Source of the DNA: Octopus sinensis
Taxonomy: Eukaryota
Length of the DNA: 64,000 bases
Assembly (NCBI RefSeq): GCF_006345805.1
Contig: NC_043002.1
Coordinates: 47,554,001 to 47,618,000 of the forward strand
Reading direction: 5' to 3'
The position numbers were made by a program, and so were the translations under genes. Under the pieces are notes generated by a model. The model saw only the letters and a list, made by a program, of their open reading frames with translations, was not told where the DNA came from and searched no databases. Below, in pieces: positions 13,441 through 27,539 of this stretch (positions are counted from its first letter, which is position 1; each line of letters begins with the position of its first letter).

Positions 13441-15619
13441 TATTATGAAGATATGCTTTCTATCTTATAATAACTGCCTGCTAGGGGAAACTACATATAC
13501 CAAATTCTTAAATCAGTATAGTCATTGTTAAGTAAGTTCTATTTCACTGGACTTCTGGTATGCATTCTGTTGTCTGAGCAAAGCATTGCTAAATGTGCCA
13601 AATATTGTATTTATCATGGAGCTTATACTCTAAACTTAAGACTTGAAATATTTCTTAAAATAGGACCGTTTTAAAGATATTAAGGAATTGCTATAGGAGA
13701 TTTGACTGCTAGATTGGCAAAATGATTGATTAAGTAGAAGCTCCTTTGTTGACATAAAAGGAAGCAATAAGACTGTAACAATAAACAGCTTTCAAGGGTC
13801 TATATTATGGCAGAAAGACTAATTTAATAGCCTAAAATAGATGAATAAATGGGGATCATATGTTATATACAGAATCATTCGATTGATTAGCTGTTAAAGA
13901 ATGTTATTATACTAGAATAGACATGCTTTAGAAAATGGAGGCTTGTATAATGAAGCTACAAACTTTATTTTTACTCCATAGAATAAATATAGACATGATG
14001 GTATCTTGTATCTTAAAAGATTAATATAAGTAGCTATTTATGTGAAAAGATTTTGATGAAAAGTGTCAATAAAATTTCCAGTAATCATTTAATAAGAAAA
14101 ATATTCTAAACAAAGATAAAGACCCAAATATAAAGGAATAATAATAAATTGAGAAAAAACTTAAATGTGAAATTTTTGAATATAATGACACAGGACCCTG
14201 CTTAGTGCCTGAAGATAAGAAAGTCAATTAAAGAACTAAAGAAAGAAATATTGCAAAATAATCTCATACAAAAGAGGAATTTTTGAAATGATTTCAAGTG
14301 AAAAGATAAACCATTATTCATTTGTTAAATTTGAAATCTTACTATATTCTGTTATTCTAATGCTCAAATGATTAATATTAAAACTTTGATAACATTCAGT
14401 ATTCTGTTGTTGCTAGCAAATAGGTATTAGTTCAATTACCAAATAGTTGCAAATCCCTGCTAATGTGCATTATATTTAATCTGAAAATTTTCCTCTCAAC
14501 AATTTGAATTGAACTTACTTCAAACCATTGAGAACAGCTTGCATCATTTTAACATTTAGGAATTAAAATATAACTACCAGCAAGAGCATATTTACTCTTA
14601 CTTTTAAATAATGTAAATATATTTTGTAAGTCCATTACTTTGATTATAGCCTGATATAATATGATACTGCAAACTTTAGTGGGGTGAAAGTAGGGTTTTT
14701 ATAAAAATTCAGAATGTTCGTTAGTTGAAAATAAGAATGTATACTAATATGAAGGTAAATAATAGGACCATTTATATTTGGGAAGAATTGATGAGATACC
14801 TTTTGTATATAAATTTATATAAAGTATAATTTGGAGTAGTACTTTTTGTCAATTCACTTGAAATGTGACAATCTGTTAAAATTGAAGTACTTACAATGTG
14901 GAAGAGTCATTCTAGCCATTTAAGAATACTCAAAACTGAAATATTCACTTTCCATTTATTTTTTCATTGATAGCATATCATGAAGTATTATCAACCCACC
15001 TGAAACCACTTCTGTTTCAATGATACAAAACTTCTGTCTTAAACCTTCTATCAAAATTCTGTGTTAATTTATGTTCCATACACTAGCTTAATTTGATGAA
15101 GTTTATTTATTATATTCTTCCTTATCTTCAAAATTAATTGAAACAATGACAATGCATTTCAACAAAGAAATGGTAACAGAAGAATTAAAATATTTCATTG
15201 CACTTTGACTTCTTGTCACTAACATAATTCCATTGTATGCATTTAAGTCACAGAAGTCTAATGAAACTATTTGGTGTTTCATAACAGATAGTACTATGGG
15301 CAAATAAATAGAAAGTGACCATAGCAGTTTTGATAAAAGGAGTTTTAATTCTTCAATACTGGTTGTTGCTGTTGTTGTTTTGACCTAGCAGAATTATAAT
15401 CAAAGTTATTCCAGCCAAACTATCATTGTTAAAACAATAGGGTGTGAATTGGATATTTGACTGCTAATATTAGCACAGCAAGCAACCATACAGAAGCAAC
15501 ATTTCCAGATACCACATGTTACAAGAAAGAAATATTGCTGATTGAAAAAATTGAATGATTCTGATTGGCTAGAAGGTCTATTATTTTAAATATTGATACT
15601 ACATCTTCTATTCAAAACT

Positions 15620-16026
15620 AAATCCTTTGTGAGCCGCTCTCCGGCTATCTATCTGTGGCTTTATATAGATATAGCTATGGTAAGACCTCACCTGGAATTT
15701 GCATCACCGGTCTGGAACCCCTATCTTGCCCAGGATATCAATAGTCTGGAAGCTGTTCTGCGACGTGCAACCAAAAGAATACCCTCCATCAGGCATTTGC
15801 CATATCCTGAACGCCTTACTTCCCTGGGCATGAACACATTGAAACTCCGACATCTGGCAGCTGACTTGGCAGACACCCATAAAATTATCAACCATCGTAC
15901 AAACAATAACTCTGAGCACCTTTTCAAACTCCACCCATCTAACACCCGTGGACATATTTACAAAGTAAGAAAACAGCACAGCTCCCATGACTTCAGGAAA
16001 CATTTTTTCATGCTGAGAGTTGCTGT
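15620..16026 (+). mobile_element. CR1/L2-group LINE ORF2 3' fragment
   Basis: MVRPHLEFASPVWNPYLAQDINSLEAVLRRATKRIPSIRHLPYPERLTSLGMNTL...TRGHIYKV...FRKHFF matches the post-RT region of CR1-group LINEs. No RT core or endonuclease is present. Confidence 0.85.
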
Positions 16027-17944
16027 GGGTATACTCCACTGTTTTGAGATAGTGTAGTCATGTGATAAGCAAAAGTTCAATCTCTACTCAAAACAGTTTA
16101 TGAACTATAGTTATCATTTGACAAGTAAGAATTTTCTTAAATTATTATTCAATCTTCGTAGATATTTCTAGTATAGCAAACAGATATTTCTTTGAAATAT
16201 TATCTGTAATGCTTTATTGCTTTAAAAGGAACTAAGTTGGAGATTTTGAACATTTCTGAAAACTGAGGAAATAGAATAATAAAACTTGAGTCTTAAATGG
16301 ATTCTGTTATATATAGGGCTTTAATGTAAGCAAATATTTAATTCAAGTGTGTATTTGAAATCTAAACACTGCGATCCATAAAAATCTGATCTGCAGCTTA
16401 AGAAATTTTTTTATTGATTTTCTTCTTTTGACATACCAATATTTGTTATCTTGTATTTTTCATATTCTTTTATTCTTTAATTTATTGCAGTCATGTGGCT
16501 GCGGTCATGCTGGAGCAGCACTTCAGAATTCCATCAATGTATACTTTATGTGAATACAATAATCAATGATTTTAATTGATTAATATAATAGACACTGTAT
16601 TTAATGTAATTATATGTAAAGAATTATGTTCTTACATTTAAATGCAATTAAATAGATTAACATATATTTTCAAATACAAAAACACATATGAATATATCAT
16701 ATAAGATTAAAACATGAGTGCATACTAAATTGTGTTTTCAGAGTAATTTTTAATATATACCAGTGGTAATATCTGAAAAAAAAATCAGAAAATTCTGCCA
16801 AAATTATAAAATGCTACGTTAATTTTGATGTGCATTTTGTAGAAATATTGAGTCTTTCCCCTCCATATATGCAAAGAGTCTCAAACCAACAGAGGTCCAT
16901 TGAAATATTTAGAAACTAAAATTCAGTGTTATATTTCTTTATACATGGCTATAATGTGAGAACATATTGACATGTTAATTAATCATAATGGAGAGATTAT
17001 GATAAAACAATGAGAAATAAAATACACTTTGTGAATCTTGGTTGGAAATCTATTATGAACTCAGTAATATCAAATATGGAATTAAAAAGAAAGGAAACAA
17101 AGAAAAAAATATTAAAAAAAATAACAATATTAAAGGAAATTTTTATACTTTCTGTTTTGCAAGTAATTTATTAGAAAGTTCTTATCAGGATTGTTAGAAA
17201 CTCTCTAAATACTTTAAATATATTTGAGGTATAGATTTTTCAAAATACAAATTCTAAAACATGTAATACTTTTAAAATACATATTTTTTCAATCATTGCT
17301 GTATGTAAGAGGATTAGATGTGAAATGTTTTAGCTTTATGTCTAAACTAATATGGAGATCTTTCTACTCACACTGTTTGCACTATTTAACTAAAATATGA
17401 TTTTGTAATATAATCATAATAAAAAGCATCAGTTACATTATTTTATGAAAATAATACTGAAGTTTCAAAATAATAGTTAAGTTTCAAGTAGGTAAAAAAC
17501 TGAATTTTCTGATCAATGAAAACACTGAAAGGTTATATGCCAATTGGTGGAAAAATTTAATTTTTGATGAATCAGTACATATTCATATAATCTTTTGCAG
17601 AGTTCTTGATGAGGCACTTAAAAAATATATAAGCATATTTCATATATTTAAGCATTTGATGTTATAAAAGTACACAAAATCTCATGAAAAAATCACAATA
17701 AAAGTTATTAACTAAAATATAAAAAAAAGAGAGTAGGAATTATACAAAGAAAAAATAGAAAACCATTTATCACATGATTTCTAGCATAACTGTTTAAAAT
17801 GCAGAAACATTCTGGTGTCTTTATCTCACTGGTATATTCATAGATGGAAAACAAACATTGCTGATAATGTATTTATAAATATAAGGATAGTTCAATTTAT
17901 CTAAACATATATCTTTCTTCTCCACCCAAATAAATGGTTGCACA

Positions 17945-18008
<64 letters not shown>

Positions 18009-18314
18009 ATGAGTACAGGTTAAAGCTGCTCATTACAAAATACAGAAACTTGTAACACTAGCTGATGATTCTACAAAAATATAATTGTAAGTGGTATGTT
18101 TGACTCTGGAAAGAAGGCAAGTAATTTTTCTCTAAAATCTAGTAGCTTTTTCTTTGGCTACATTAAGCAACACAAAAAAGTACGATAATAAAGACACAAT
18201 GATGTGCTTTCCAGCAATTCAATACAAACTAATAATACTTTTCTCTTTAAGGCAAAAGCTTGCACACACATACACACACAGACATGCACACATGCATGCA
18301 GGCATGCACACACA

Positions 18315-18362
<48 letters not shown>

Positions 18363-18679
18363 ACATTAATGATTATTTATGAGGTGAAGCTGATTTAAAT
18401 TATTTATATACCTATAGATCAAAAAATATATATTCATCTTTGGTAAGTTGACTGCTCTTAAATATCTTCGTTCAGACTCTGGCTGAGTTTGCAATTCAGT
18501 TTTTTATTTCTGCTTAGTACGGTTTCACACCCATTCTCTCAAGAACAACCAGTTCTCTATTTGTCTATCCATTCATTCATCTGTCTGCCCATCAATTCCT
18601 TTGTCTACCATCTGCTCATTCATCCATCCATCCATCCACCTCATCATCACTATCATCACCTACATCATCATCATCAATA

Positions 18680-18870
18680 CCACCACTACCACCTTTCCAT
18701 GCTTACATAAGTTAAAGCGGTTGTGGCTGATTTTCTACAGTCACATGCCATTCCTGTCACCAACCCTCTCCTGCTTTCAAGCAAGGTATTTTTCGCATTG
18801 CTGGACACATTTCCACAGAATATTGGAAAGAGCCAACATCACTTGTATGGTGGTGATGTTGGTTCAAAAC
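18680..18870 (-). mobile_element. RTE-LINE 3'-end-derived element, degenerate
   Basis: Similar to the cleaner copies at 30890-31053 and 43960-44168, with a (CAT)n tail at the left end. Confidence 0.5.
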
Positions 18871-19117
18871 TATTGTGTGATGTTAAGACTAGGATAAACA
18901 AATACACACATGAACACATGCACAAGCACACAAATAGACATACAAATACACATACACAAACATAAATACATACATATATGTATATAATATATATACACAT
19001 ACATATGTATATATGTAAATATATATATATATATATGTGTAAATATATATATATATACATATATATTTACATATATACATATATATACTTATACATATAT
19101 ATACATATACATATAAT

Positions 19118-19158
<41 letters not shown>

Positions 19159-19329
19159 GTCTCAAATGGAAAGTGGTTGCTCTTTCTCAGGAATGTATTT
19201 CATCCAAGTATACACTAGTTTAGCTCTATATCGATTAATTTTCCTGGAATTTGTTAACCTGTGTTAGTATTTGTGCTTATTAACGGTTCTTCTTCGACTT
19301 CAGTATTTTACACTTATAAAGTTGCAGTT

Positions 19330-19505
19330 GTTATTATAGATGTTTTGTCAAGCCTCTTTCAATTTCCAAGTACCAAAAACGCTCACAAGGCTTTGATTGG
19401 CTTTGGGCTACAGGAGGAGATACTTAAGTTTCCAACCAGTAGAACTAAACCTGAAACTATCTAGTATGAAAGCAATCTTCTCAACTAAGGCCATATCTGC
19501 ACCTA
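19330..19505 (-). mobile_element. tRNA-head SINE head
   Basis: Reverse complement of the 19.8/21.9 kb head (GAACTAAACCTGAAAC...AAGCAATCTTCTCAAC). Confidence 0.55.
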
Positions 19506-19814
19506 AGTTATATTATGATTGTATCAGATTGAAAATATCCTTCGTTGAAGTCTACTATAGAAATTTTCCAGCATCACTCAACACACACACACACACATAC
19601 TCACACATACATACATGCACACACACACGTACATACACACATGTGTAAATACACAGAGGTATACATGCTCACACATGCATACATACTCATACATACAGCC
19701 CTCTCTCTCTCATGAACAAAATGAAACAGAGTTTATAAACTGAAAAGTACTGAAAAAGATTTTTCATTTATATAATGTTTAAGTATTGCATTATTAAGAC
19801 TATTTTAGAATAGT

Positions 19815-19975
19815 GTGCCTGTGTAGTTGAGAAGATTGTTTCCATACTACATGGTTTCAGGTTCAGTCCCACTGCATGACACCTTTGGCAAGTGTCTTCA
19901 GGAATAACCCCATACTAACCAAAACCTTGTAAATGGAACTAGTAGACAGAAGCAAAAGAAAGGCCATCATATATA
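19815..19975 (+). mobile_element. tRNA-head SINE head
   Basis: GGTTTCAGGTTCAGTCCCACTGCATGACACCTTTGGCAAGTGTCTTC: B-box-like GGTTCAGTCCC and the family body. Confidence 0.65.
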
Positions 19976-20040
19976 TATGATGGCCTTTATATCTAACTAT
20001 CTATCTATCTATTTATATATTTCTTTTTTTTTTTTGAGAA

Positions 20041-20198
20041 GTTAAATGTTACGGCCGGTCATTGAGTGATCATTGCTTTTGCACCCATAAAGTGCTTAGC
20101 AGTATAGGTGACTTGTTAAACACACAATTGTCTGTACTGCTAAGTGCTTTATATGCATGAAACCAATGGTCACTCTATGGCAGACCATAACATTCAAC
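20041..20198. repeat. Diverged long inverted repeat (MITE-like foldback or hairpin-RNA candidate)
   Basis: Arms 20041-20107 and 20132-20198 pair over ~65 nt with several G-U pairs and small internal loops. Confidence 0.7.
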
Positions 20199-22059
20199 TC
20201 ACTAAAAATAAAATATTTATTACTGCTCTGATGCTCTAGAGTATGCTTCAGCTTCTTTTCTGGATATATGAACTATTGAGGATATGCATGTATGTGTACA
20301 CATGCGTGTGTGTATGTTTGTTTGTGTCTATCTTGATCTGGACATCACATGATGGTTGTAAATGAGCATCTTAATCATACAAGTGAGATTGTTGATTTCT
20401 TGCCTTCCTTGAAAAACATGTTTAGGTGTGGGAAAATATTACCTTGCTTGTAAACAGGCAAGGGTTGGTAACAAGAAGGGTATCCAGCAAAGAAGAATCT
20501 GCTTCAACAGATCTCATCTGATCCATACAAACACGAAAAAGGGAATGTTAAATAGTTGCATATATATATATATATATAATTACATATATATATGCCACAC
20601 ATTACTCATTACATACAATAAAAAAATTCCTCTTGAAGATACACAACCATGAGTCAAGTATTCATGTTTTCTTTCATAACTTTTATTTGTTTTTTTTTTT
20701 AAAGCAAAATCATGAATATTTAGAACGTAGTTATTTCATGAATTTTTAAAAATGCATTTTCTCAAATGTTGAAATATATAATAATAATCTGGCATGATGA
20801 CTATGTGATGTATCCATAAACATGAGGCAAATACTCAGGTCAATTTATAGACTAAAATCCTTCAAAGTAATACCCTGGCATGGCTTTGGTCCAATGACTG
20901 AAGCCAATAAAGGAACTTGCAAAATTTTGCTCTGAATATTTCAATATTTTTTCACATCTCTTTAAATCACACATGTATGTATGTATTTGTGTATGCATGA
21001 ATATCTAATACATGCATTTTCATGACTTTACATTAAAAAATTCTAGAGTGCATTTGCAGGGAAATGTGTAGATTTTGTTGGTTATGTATTCATAGTTCAA
21101 TAACTAAACCATTAAATCCTTATCATGGCTTAATGACAGTATCTGGCTCCAATTCATATCCACTGAGAATCACCAACATCTACTTGGATTAACATCCATT
21201 TGAATAGTGGCATAAAACCAGGCTATGAACTTAATGGTATAGATGGTATAGTTACTGTTGCTGTTGTTGTTGTTGTGTGTGTGTATGTGTGTGCGTGTAT
21301 GTATATGTGTGTATATATATAAATATTTATATAGATGCATACACTCATACACACACATTTAGTAGTATCATTTTTGCATTATCTATATCATTTTGTGTTT
21401 ATCTTGTATTAATAGAATTGCAAATGTTATTTAATATTTGAAGTATCATATTGACTCTATTTCAGATAAAATAAGGATAATGTAATTGCTATTTCAGAAA
21501 ACTAGATCTTTCACAATGATGGCTTCCTAGTGCACTTGATTATATCAACTAAATATTGTTTTAGTTTTCAATTTTACTCTTACAAGTAAAATATATTTTG
21601 ACAGAAAATTTGGCATTTTACTAGTTAGATAAGGACCCTTAATGCAATTATATTTATTTATTTTACTAGGAGTAATATCTTTTATATTATGATTATGGGA
21701 ATAAAAGGGCAAATAAGTGATTTCAAATGTGAATGGGAACAGTGTTAATGTTCAAGCTTAAAATTGCTTAACTTATGTTGCTACTACCATTAGGAAAGAA
21801 TCTTGAATATCAAAACTTCCCATATTTTTAGGAAACTGAAGGCAAGGTTTGAACTCACTTTCATTTGAACAAATTTATAGTACTTGTGGAATTTATATAC
21901 ATATACACATAGGTGCTGACATCACTGTGTGGTTAAGAAGCATATTTTGCAACCACATAGTTTTGTCTTCAGTCCCAATACATGGCACCTACTGTAACTC
22001 TGAGCAAACCAAACCAATGCCTAGTAAGTGAATTTGGTGTTCAGAAACTGTGTGAGAGT

Positions 22060-22139
<80 letters not shown>

Positions 22140-22140
<1 letters not shown>

Positions 22141-22388
22141 AATTAAAATAAGCAACAGGATATGAAGAAGTGATGCAGTACGATCGTTTCAAGTGGCTCC
22201 ATTCAATTGAACAAAGTAATCATTACATCAATTTAAATGCAAGGCTATCAGCTGCACTTATTTATTTGTGCAGCTGATGATAGCTTTGCATTTAAATTGA
22301 TGTAATGATTGCTTTGTTCAATTGAATGGAGCCACTTGAAACGATCGTACTGCATCACTTCTTGATATCCTGTTGCTTATTTTGATTT
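22140..22388. repeat. Near-perfect foldback, arms 22140-22257 and 22268-22388, 10-nt loop
   Basis: The arms are reverse complements apart from about 4 substitutions and one 3-nt indel. Loop is TTATTTATTT. Confidence 0.95.
22268..22355 (+). ncRNA. Hammerhead-ribozyme-like motif (type I topology, atypical helix II)
   Basis: GUGCAG-CUGAUGA-[57 nt]-GAAA-C-GAUC-GU-A/CUGCAU. Helix I is 6 bp, the core is canonical, helix III ACGAUCGU is palindromic and the triplet is GUA. No canonical 10.1-11.1 closing pair is visible for helix II. Confidence 0.5.
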
Positions 22389-22471
22389 TATTCACCTTAC
22401 TTCGAGTTGTGTGGATAATACCAGACTGACTTGGTGCTTTAATTTAAGTACCTAATTCAACTGAGTCTCAA

Positions 22472-22525
<54 letters not shown>

Positions 22526-25500
22526 TTGTATGTGTATCTTTGTGTTTGTTGCCCCCACCTCACCATTTGACAACTGGTATTGGTTTCTTTACATTCCTAT
22601 AATTTGGTGGTTTGGCAAAGAGATCAAAAGAATAAGTACCAGACTTGAAAAAATAATTACAGAGGTTGATTTGTTTGAATACCTTATAGGGATATATGAG
22701 GCCATTAAAAGATGTATTTTAAGAAGAGGCCTTAAGACATGTCAGTATTTCCAGAAAACTAGCTTAAAAAACACATTTATTTTCCTTACTTATCTGCAAA
22801 ATGAATTGAAATATCTATGTATTTTCCATATCTGCGAGACAAATCAATTCACACTGAATAAATGTTACAGAAAGATGCCATATATGATAGATACTAGATT
22901 CCACAACCTCAAAATTAAGCTCATTGTTTTCAATCAAGAGATAAATATTACTGAATCACAAGAGGAAAACAATTTATATTGACAAAGATCTAATATTACA
23001 TAACTGATAGTAAAGAAAAAAAAACAATATTGCTGATTTGTATAGACCATTTATTGAAATACGAAGGGACACTATAAGTCAAAATGCTGTTTATATAATA
23101 GATTGAGAAATATTCTAGACATGAATTTTGACAAAATGTTTTAGTAAAGCAATGACGACCAAGAATTCAACATTGATAAAGTATATCTAAAAAGTGCATG
23201 AACTGAATACAGACATAACAAACAATATAGCAATTTACACTTTTAGCCAACAATATATTGTCTGCTTGAGCTAAGGTTATTGGGACTATGCCAACCAATG
23301 AATTGACATATCTAGACTAACCATTTGAAAATATATATGTTGAGAAGGTAACCATAAGAAATCTGATGACAGACCAACCATAAATGTTTAAGTTCTTTAA
23401 GCAGAGTACTACTGGTTTGTTACTTAAAACCACAAATAGAGATGTTACCTACTCATCTGGTTAATTCTAGTGGAAGGATGGAACTAAAAAATTAAGAATG
23501 AAAGCAAATGCTTGGAAAAACGATTATAAGCTGTTTAACATCAATTTCAAATTATACACGAACTTTCATAAACATTGTAGACATAAGCAAAGAATTGCAG
23601 ATGAGCATGTGAAAAAAAAAAGGAACAAAAGAAAAACAAAAAACATCACTTTTTATTTGCCATGAAAAACCTTAAATAAATTCTTTTCTGATGTGAAACA
23701 ATAACAACAGAACCTTAAACACAACCTAGTTGATATATATTTATAAAACAATTTGGATTATGTTCAGCACTTTGTCTTGCAAAAAGAATCAATGAAAAAA
23801 CCAACAAAATTCTCATTGGCTGTTACCATGAATACAGAAACTGCAATAAAATTTAAACAATATGCATGTTAACATGTGACAATAGATATTCTAGAAAATC
23901 TACAAATTAAAGAAAACTTCAATATATCTTCCACTCTGTTCTGGCCAACATAAGTTATAAATATCGTAGAATAGAAAATAATAGTGTGACAGCAGTAATG
24001 CAAACAAATCTCAATGAAGCAGAGAATATTACACCAGTTTGAAAAAAAAATTGCAATTTGAACTTTTATAATACAAAAAAATAAATAAAACTGATATCTC
24101 ATAATGTACTGCAGTATCAGTATTGGTGTGAACATTTAGATATTTTATTTATCAGTTGAGAAGATCTCTTCCATTGACAGAACAAAGAAAATATTAACAA
24201 TTGCTGGCAGTCTCCACAGCAACAGTGACATGATAAATTTTATCTGAAAAGGAAACATGGTGTGCAAAGTATCTGATCAGGTTACTAAGTTTGTGTTTTG
24301 TTGCATAGCCATATTATGACTATTGTTAGGAATGCTGGAATATATTTTAGATTCATTAACATTAATAACAATTTAGTTTATAAGAAATTTCCATTAATTT
24401 TCTTTAATTATAGTAGCATTTGCTGTAATATTTACAATTTCGTCAACCACTAACTTCTATAAATCTTTCATTCAGTAAGCACCATTACAGAATTTGTACA
24501 TCTTAATTAAATACAACTTGGCCAGTACCAAAAATCATAGAAGTTTGAATCCCTTTGTCATATATGTGAGGCAGATGCTTCTGATCTCAGTCCCATTGAT
24601 TTTAAGATGGTGGAAGCAATTTTTATCAGCAATCTAATTTGATACTTTATTTCACCTTCTCCTCTCTCTTTCATCTTTGAACTTAAACCACCAAAATATA
24701 TATCTATAGGTGATATACCTCCTTATATATATGACACACAAGACTTATTCAATAAAAGTAAAGCCTTTGACAAAGCACAACAGAAAAATCTCTTAGCAAA
24801 ATTTCTTTCTCCTGGCTTATACTAAGAATTAATCTACTGATCGAAACCTTCCTTTTTTTTATATTCTGCTAATCAATCCACTCAACAGTAAGCTCCTTGA
24901 CCCTTAATCTCTTCAATAATATGGTAACATACATCAGTCCCATTGCTTCCATTTCTCTTTTATCCAACGTTCTGTGTATTGATAACATTAGCTTCTACTA
25001 TCAGACATCTACTTCATCTAGCTATAAGAATCTTCACTACTTTCTCAATAAACTGATAATGTTTAATGACAACACAAGTCATATACTTTATTTCAAATGA
25101 ATAAAATTGTATCAGTTGCAAACGTTTCAGAAGAAGTTCATAACTTCTCAGGTTTCTCTCTCTATATATGCTTGGACCCACAACTTTCAGTATCTCATCT
25201 TGAAAAATCCTCTTTGTCTTGATGTCACTTCATAAAGTGCCCAATAAAAAGATACTCTTCCATCTAAAACAGAAATGTCAATATCAGAAATGTTATCTGA
25301 TAAACTTTTTCTGTTGTTGCCTCTCTGTGTGGCAGAAAAATATTTCATCTAACATTTTTAACTCTTTATCAAGTCCTTAAATCAATACAACAAAGCTTCT
25401 TTTACATGCAATGTTATTACAGACAAGAAGCTATTTTTGTAGCTTTCTGCTTCAATTCATTTATCTTCAGAGCAGGTTAATCATGTTAAAATCTATCAGT

Positions 25501-27539
25501 GTTTTCTCATATGGTTTTAACAATGATGTTATATCAGTTATAGTTAGCTGTAATGTTGGAAGTCTTCTTACTGACAAAAACAATGGCAAGTGTTAGAGTT
25601 ACAAGTAGCATGGCAACCTAATAATTAAATAAAAACTATTTAGACTAGAACTTAATCATTGCTATAAAAATTTACCAAAAATGACAGATGAGAGAAGAGC
25701 AAGACAGAACAATTTTAAGTCATCCACCAAGTAAGAAAGTATGGAAGAACAAACACAAATTCCTTGCTGTTTTAGTCAAAAGATGAATTATCTCAGTCTA
25801 AAGAGAATTGATGAGAATTAAAATTTTACTTAAAATATAATTATCGACCTTTATACATTACAGAATTAATTATACTAAGATGACAGTGGTGAGCAAAGAT
25901 AACCTTCTCAGCTGCCTGAAATTTATGGATGGACAGTGTTACACCCCTAATAGAAGAATAGGAGAATTTTGATATTCAAAATAAGAATTCTCTTCCTGCA
26001 CAAAACAATGTTTGGTCATATCTTCCTTAAAATAAAACCAGCAGAAATAAAGAACATATGATGAAAAGAGATATATAACACTTGCAAAAGAGTTAAGATA
26101 TATAAGAGTAAAACAAAACACCAGTTTTTTCAATTCCAACAAAAGGAATAGAAATGAATATATTTGTGTTAACAGATGTGTGACAACAGGAAGCTATCGA
26201 AATATATTACAATAAGGTAAGCTTTACTACTCATAAACAAAATACACATCAGTACGTAGTTTAAACTCTTAACCTTATTTGGAAAACGTTTCCTATCTGT
26301 ATCTCATTCTGCCAAGATATCACGAAATAAATGTAGAATCATGATTTGGAGACACACTATGTGACATGTAAACCAAACTTGGTGGATTTAATGATGTATA
26401 TATATTATCTATATACATTTTAAAGACAATCAAACGTATAACATATGGTGAAATATCCATTAATTTTCGTAAAAGTATAACTAACAAATGACAGCTTTAT
26501 GTAAATCAATACAGGAGGAAGCAGTTAGAATTAATGTGAGTTTATGTCATTTATTTAAAGGAGAATTAAATCCCTTAAAAAAGAGAAAAACTATTGCTTC
26601 TCATAAGTCACACATTATCACCTACTATTTGCATGCACTAATGCATGCACAACTCAGAAATGATGTTTCACAAGCATTGCAAATCATGCGGTGGGCAAAA
26701 CAGTAATAACCTATAAGCATTCAGTACTTTTGATTTTTTAAAGTTTTAATAGAGAAAATCGAAAAGAAAAAAACACAGAAACAATCACCAGAAGAGCTAC
26801 CCTAAATCAGAAGTTGGAAAGAGGAATTGATATGAATTCATATGGATATTGGAACTCAAAACTACATATCTTTTTAAGAATATATCGAAATTTCAATCAG
26901 TTTTTTTTATCAAAATTTAAAGTGGATTTGCAATAAATGATAAATATTTGCAACTTTTCCAGAAAATAAAGCATAAATTCTTAGTGAAATATAGTTTACT
27001 TACAACGTCACTTATTAATACCTATTTTATATATGCATATAAGATAAGGAAAAAGTGATATTCCTCAAAGTTTTTCCCATTTTTTTTACAGTTTGATATT
27101 TATGTAGATACATGACATGACTTAAAGATGTCATATTTAAGAAAACTCGATCTTATTTTGGCCTCAGTATAAGGAAATAAATATAATAGATATTGCATAA
27201 AAACCTAAGCATTAAAAACTAAACATGTTAGAAATATTTATGCTCTTTCATTTTTTAATTGATAGTAGATATAGAAAGATATAATAAAATCAAGTCTTGG
27301 GGAGAGAATGTGAATAAAAAGTCAGCTACAAAACATTTATTGTTATGTGTGTATTCATACTCATGTGTGTGTGTGTGTGTGTGTGTGCATGTGCACGCAA
27401 GTGAGTATGTGTGTGTGTATGAGTGTGTGTAGTAAGCCAATAGGTTAGTCTGAAAGGACAGCAAAAAAACCCAAATTGCATCAACATTTTATCATTACAA
27501 GTTAGAAGGTTTCTAATATAGGATGCAACATTCAGTAAC

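Larger units (their letters stand above)
21910..22730 (+). mobile_element. Bipartite SINE (head 21910-22065, tail 22530-22730) split by its internal (TA)n and a nested insertion
   Basis: The same head and tail are contiguous across a short microsatellite in the copy at 48915-49335(-). Confidence 0.65.

Noticed and set aside
20087-20110. TAAAGTGCTTAGCAGTATAGG resembles vertebrate miR-20/miR-17
   Set aside because: That family is vertebrate-specific and the match is limited to the AT-rich 5' part; treated as coincidence.
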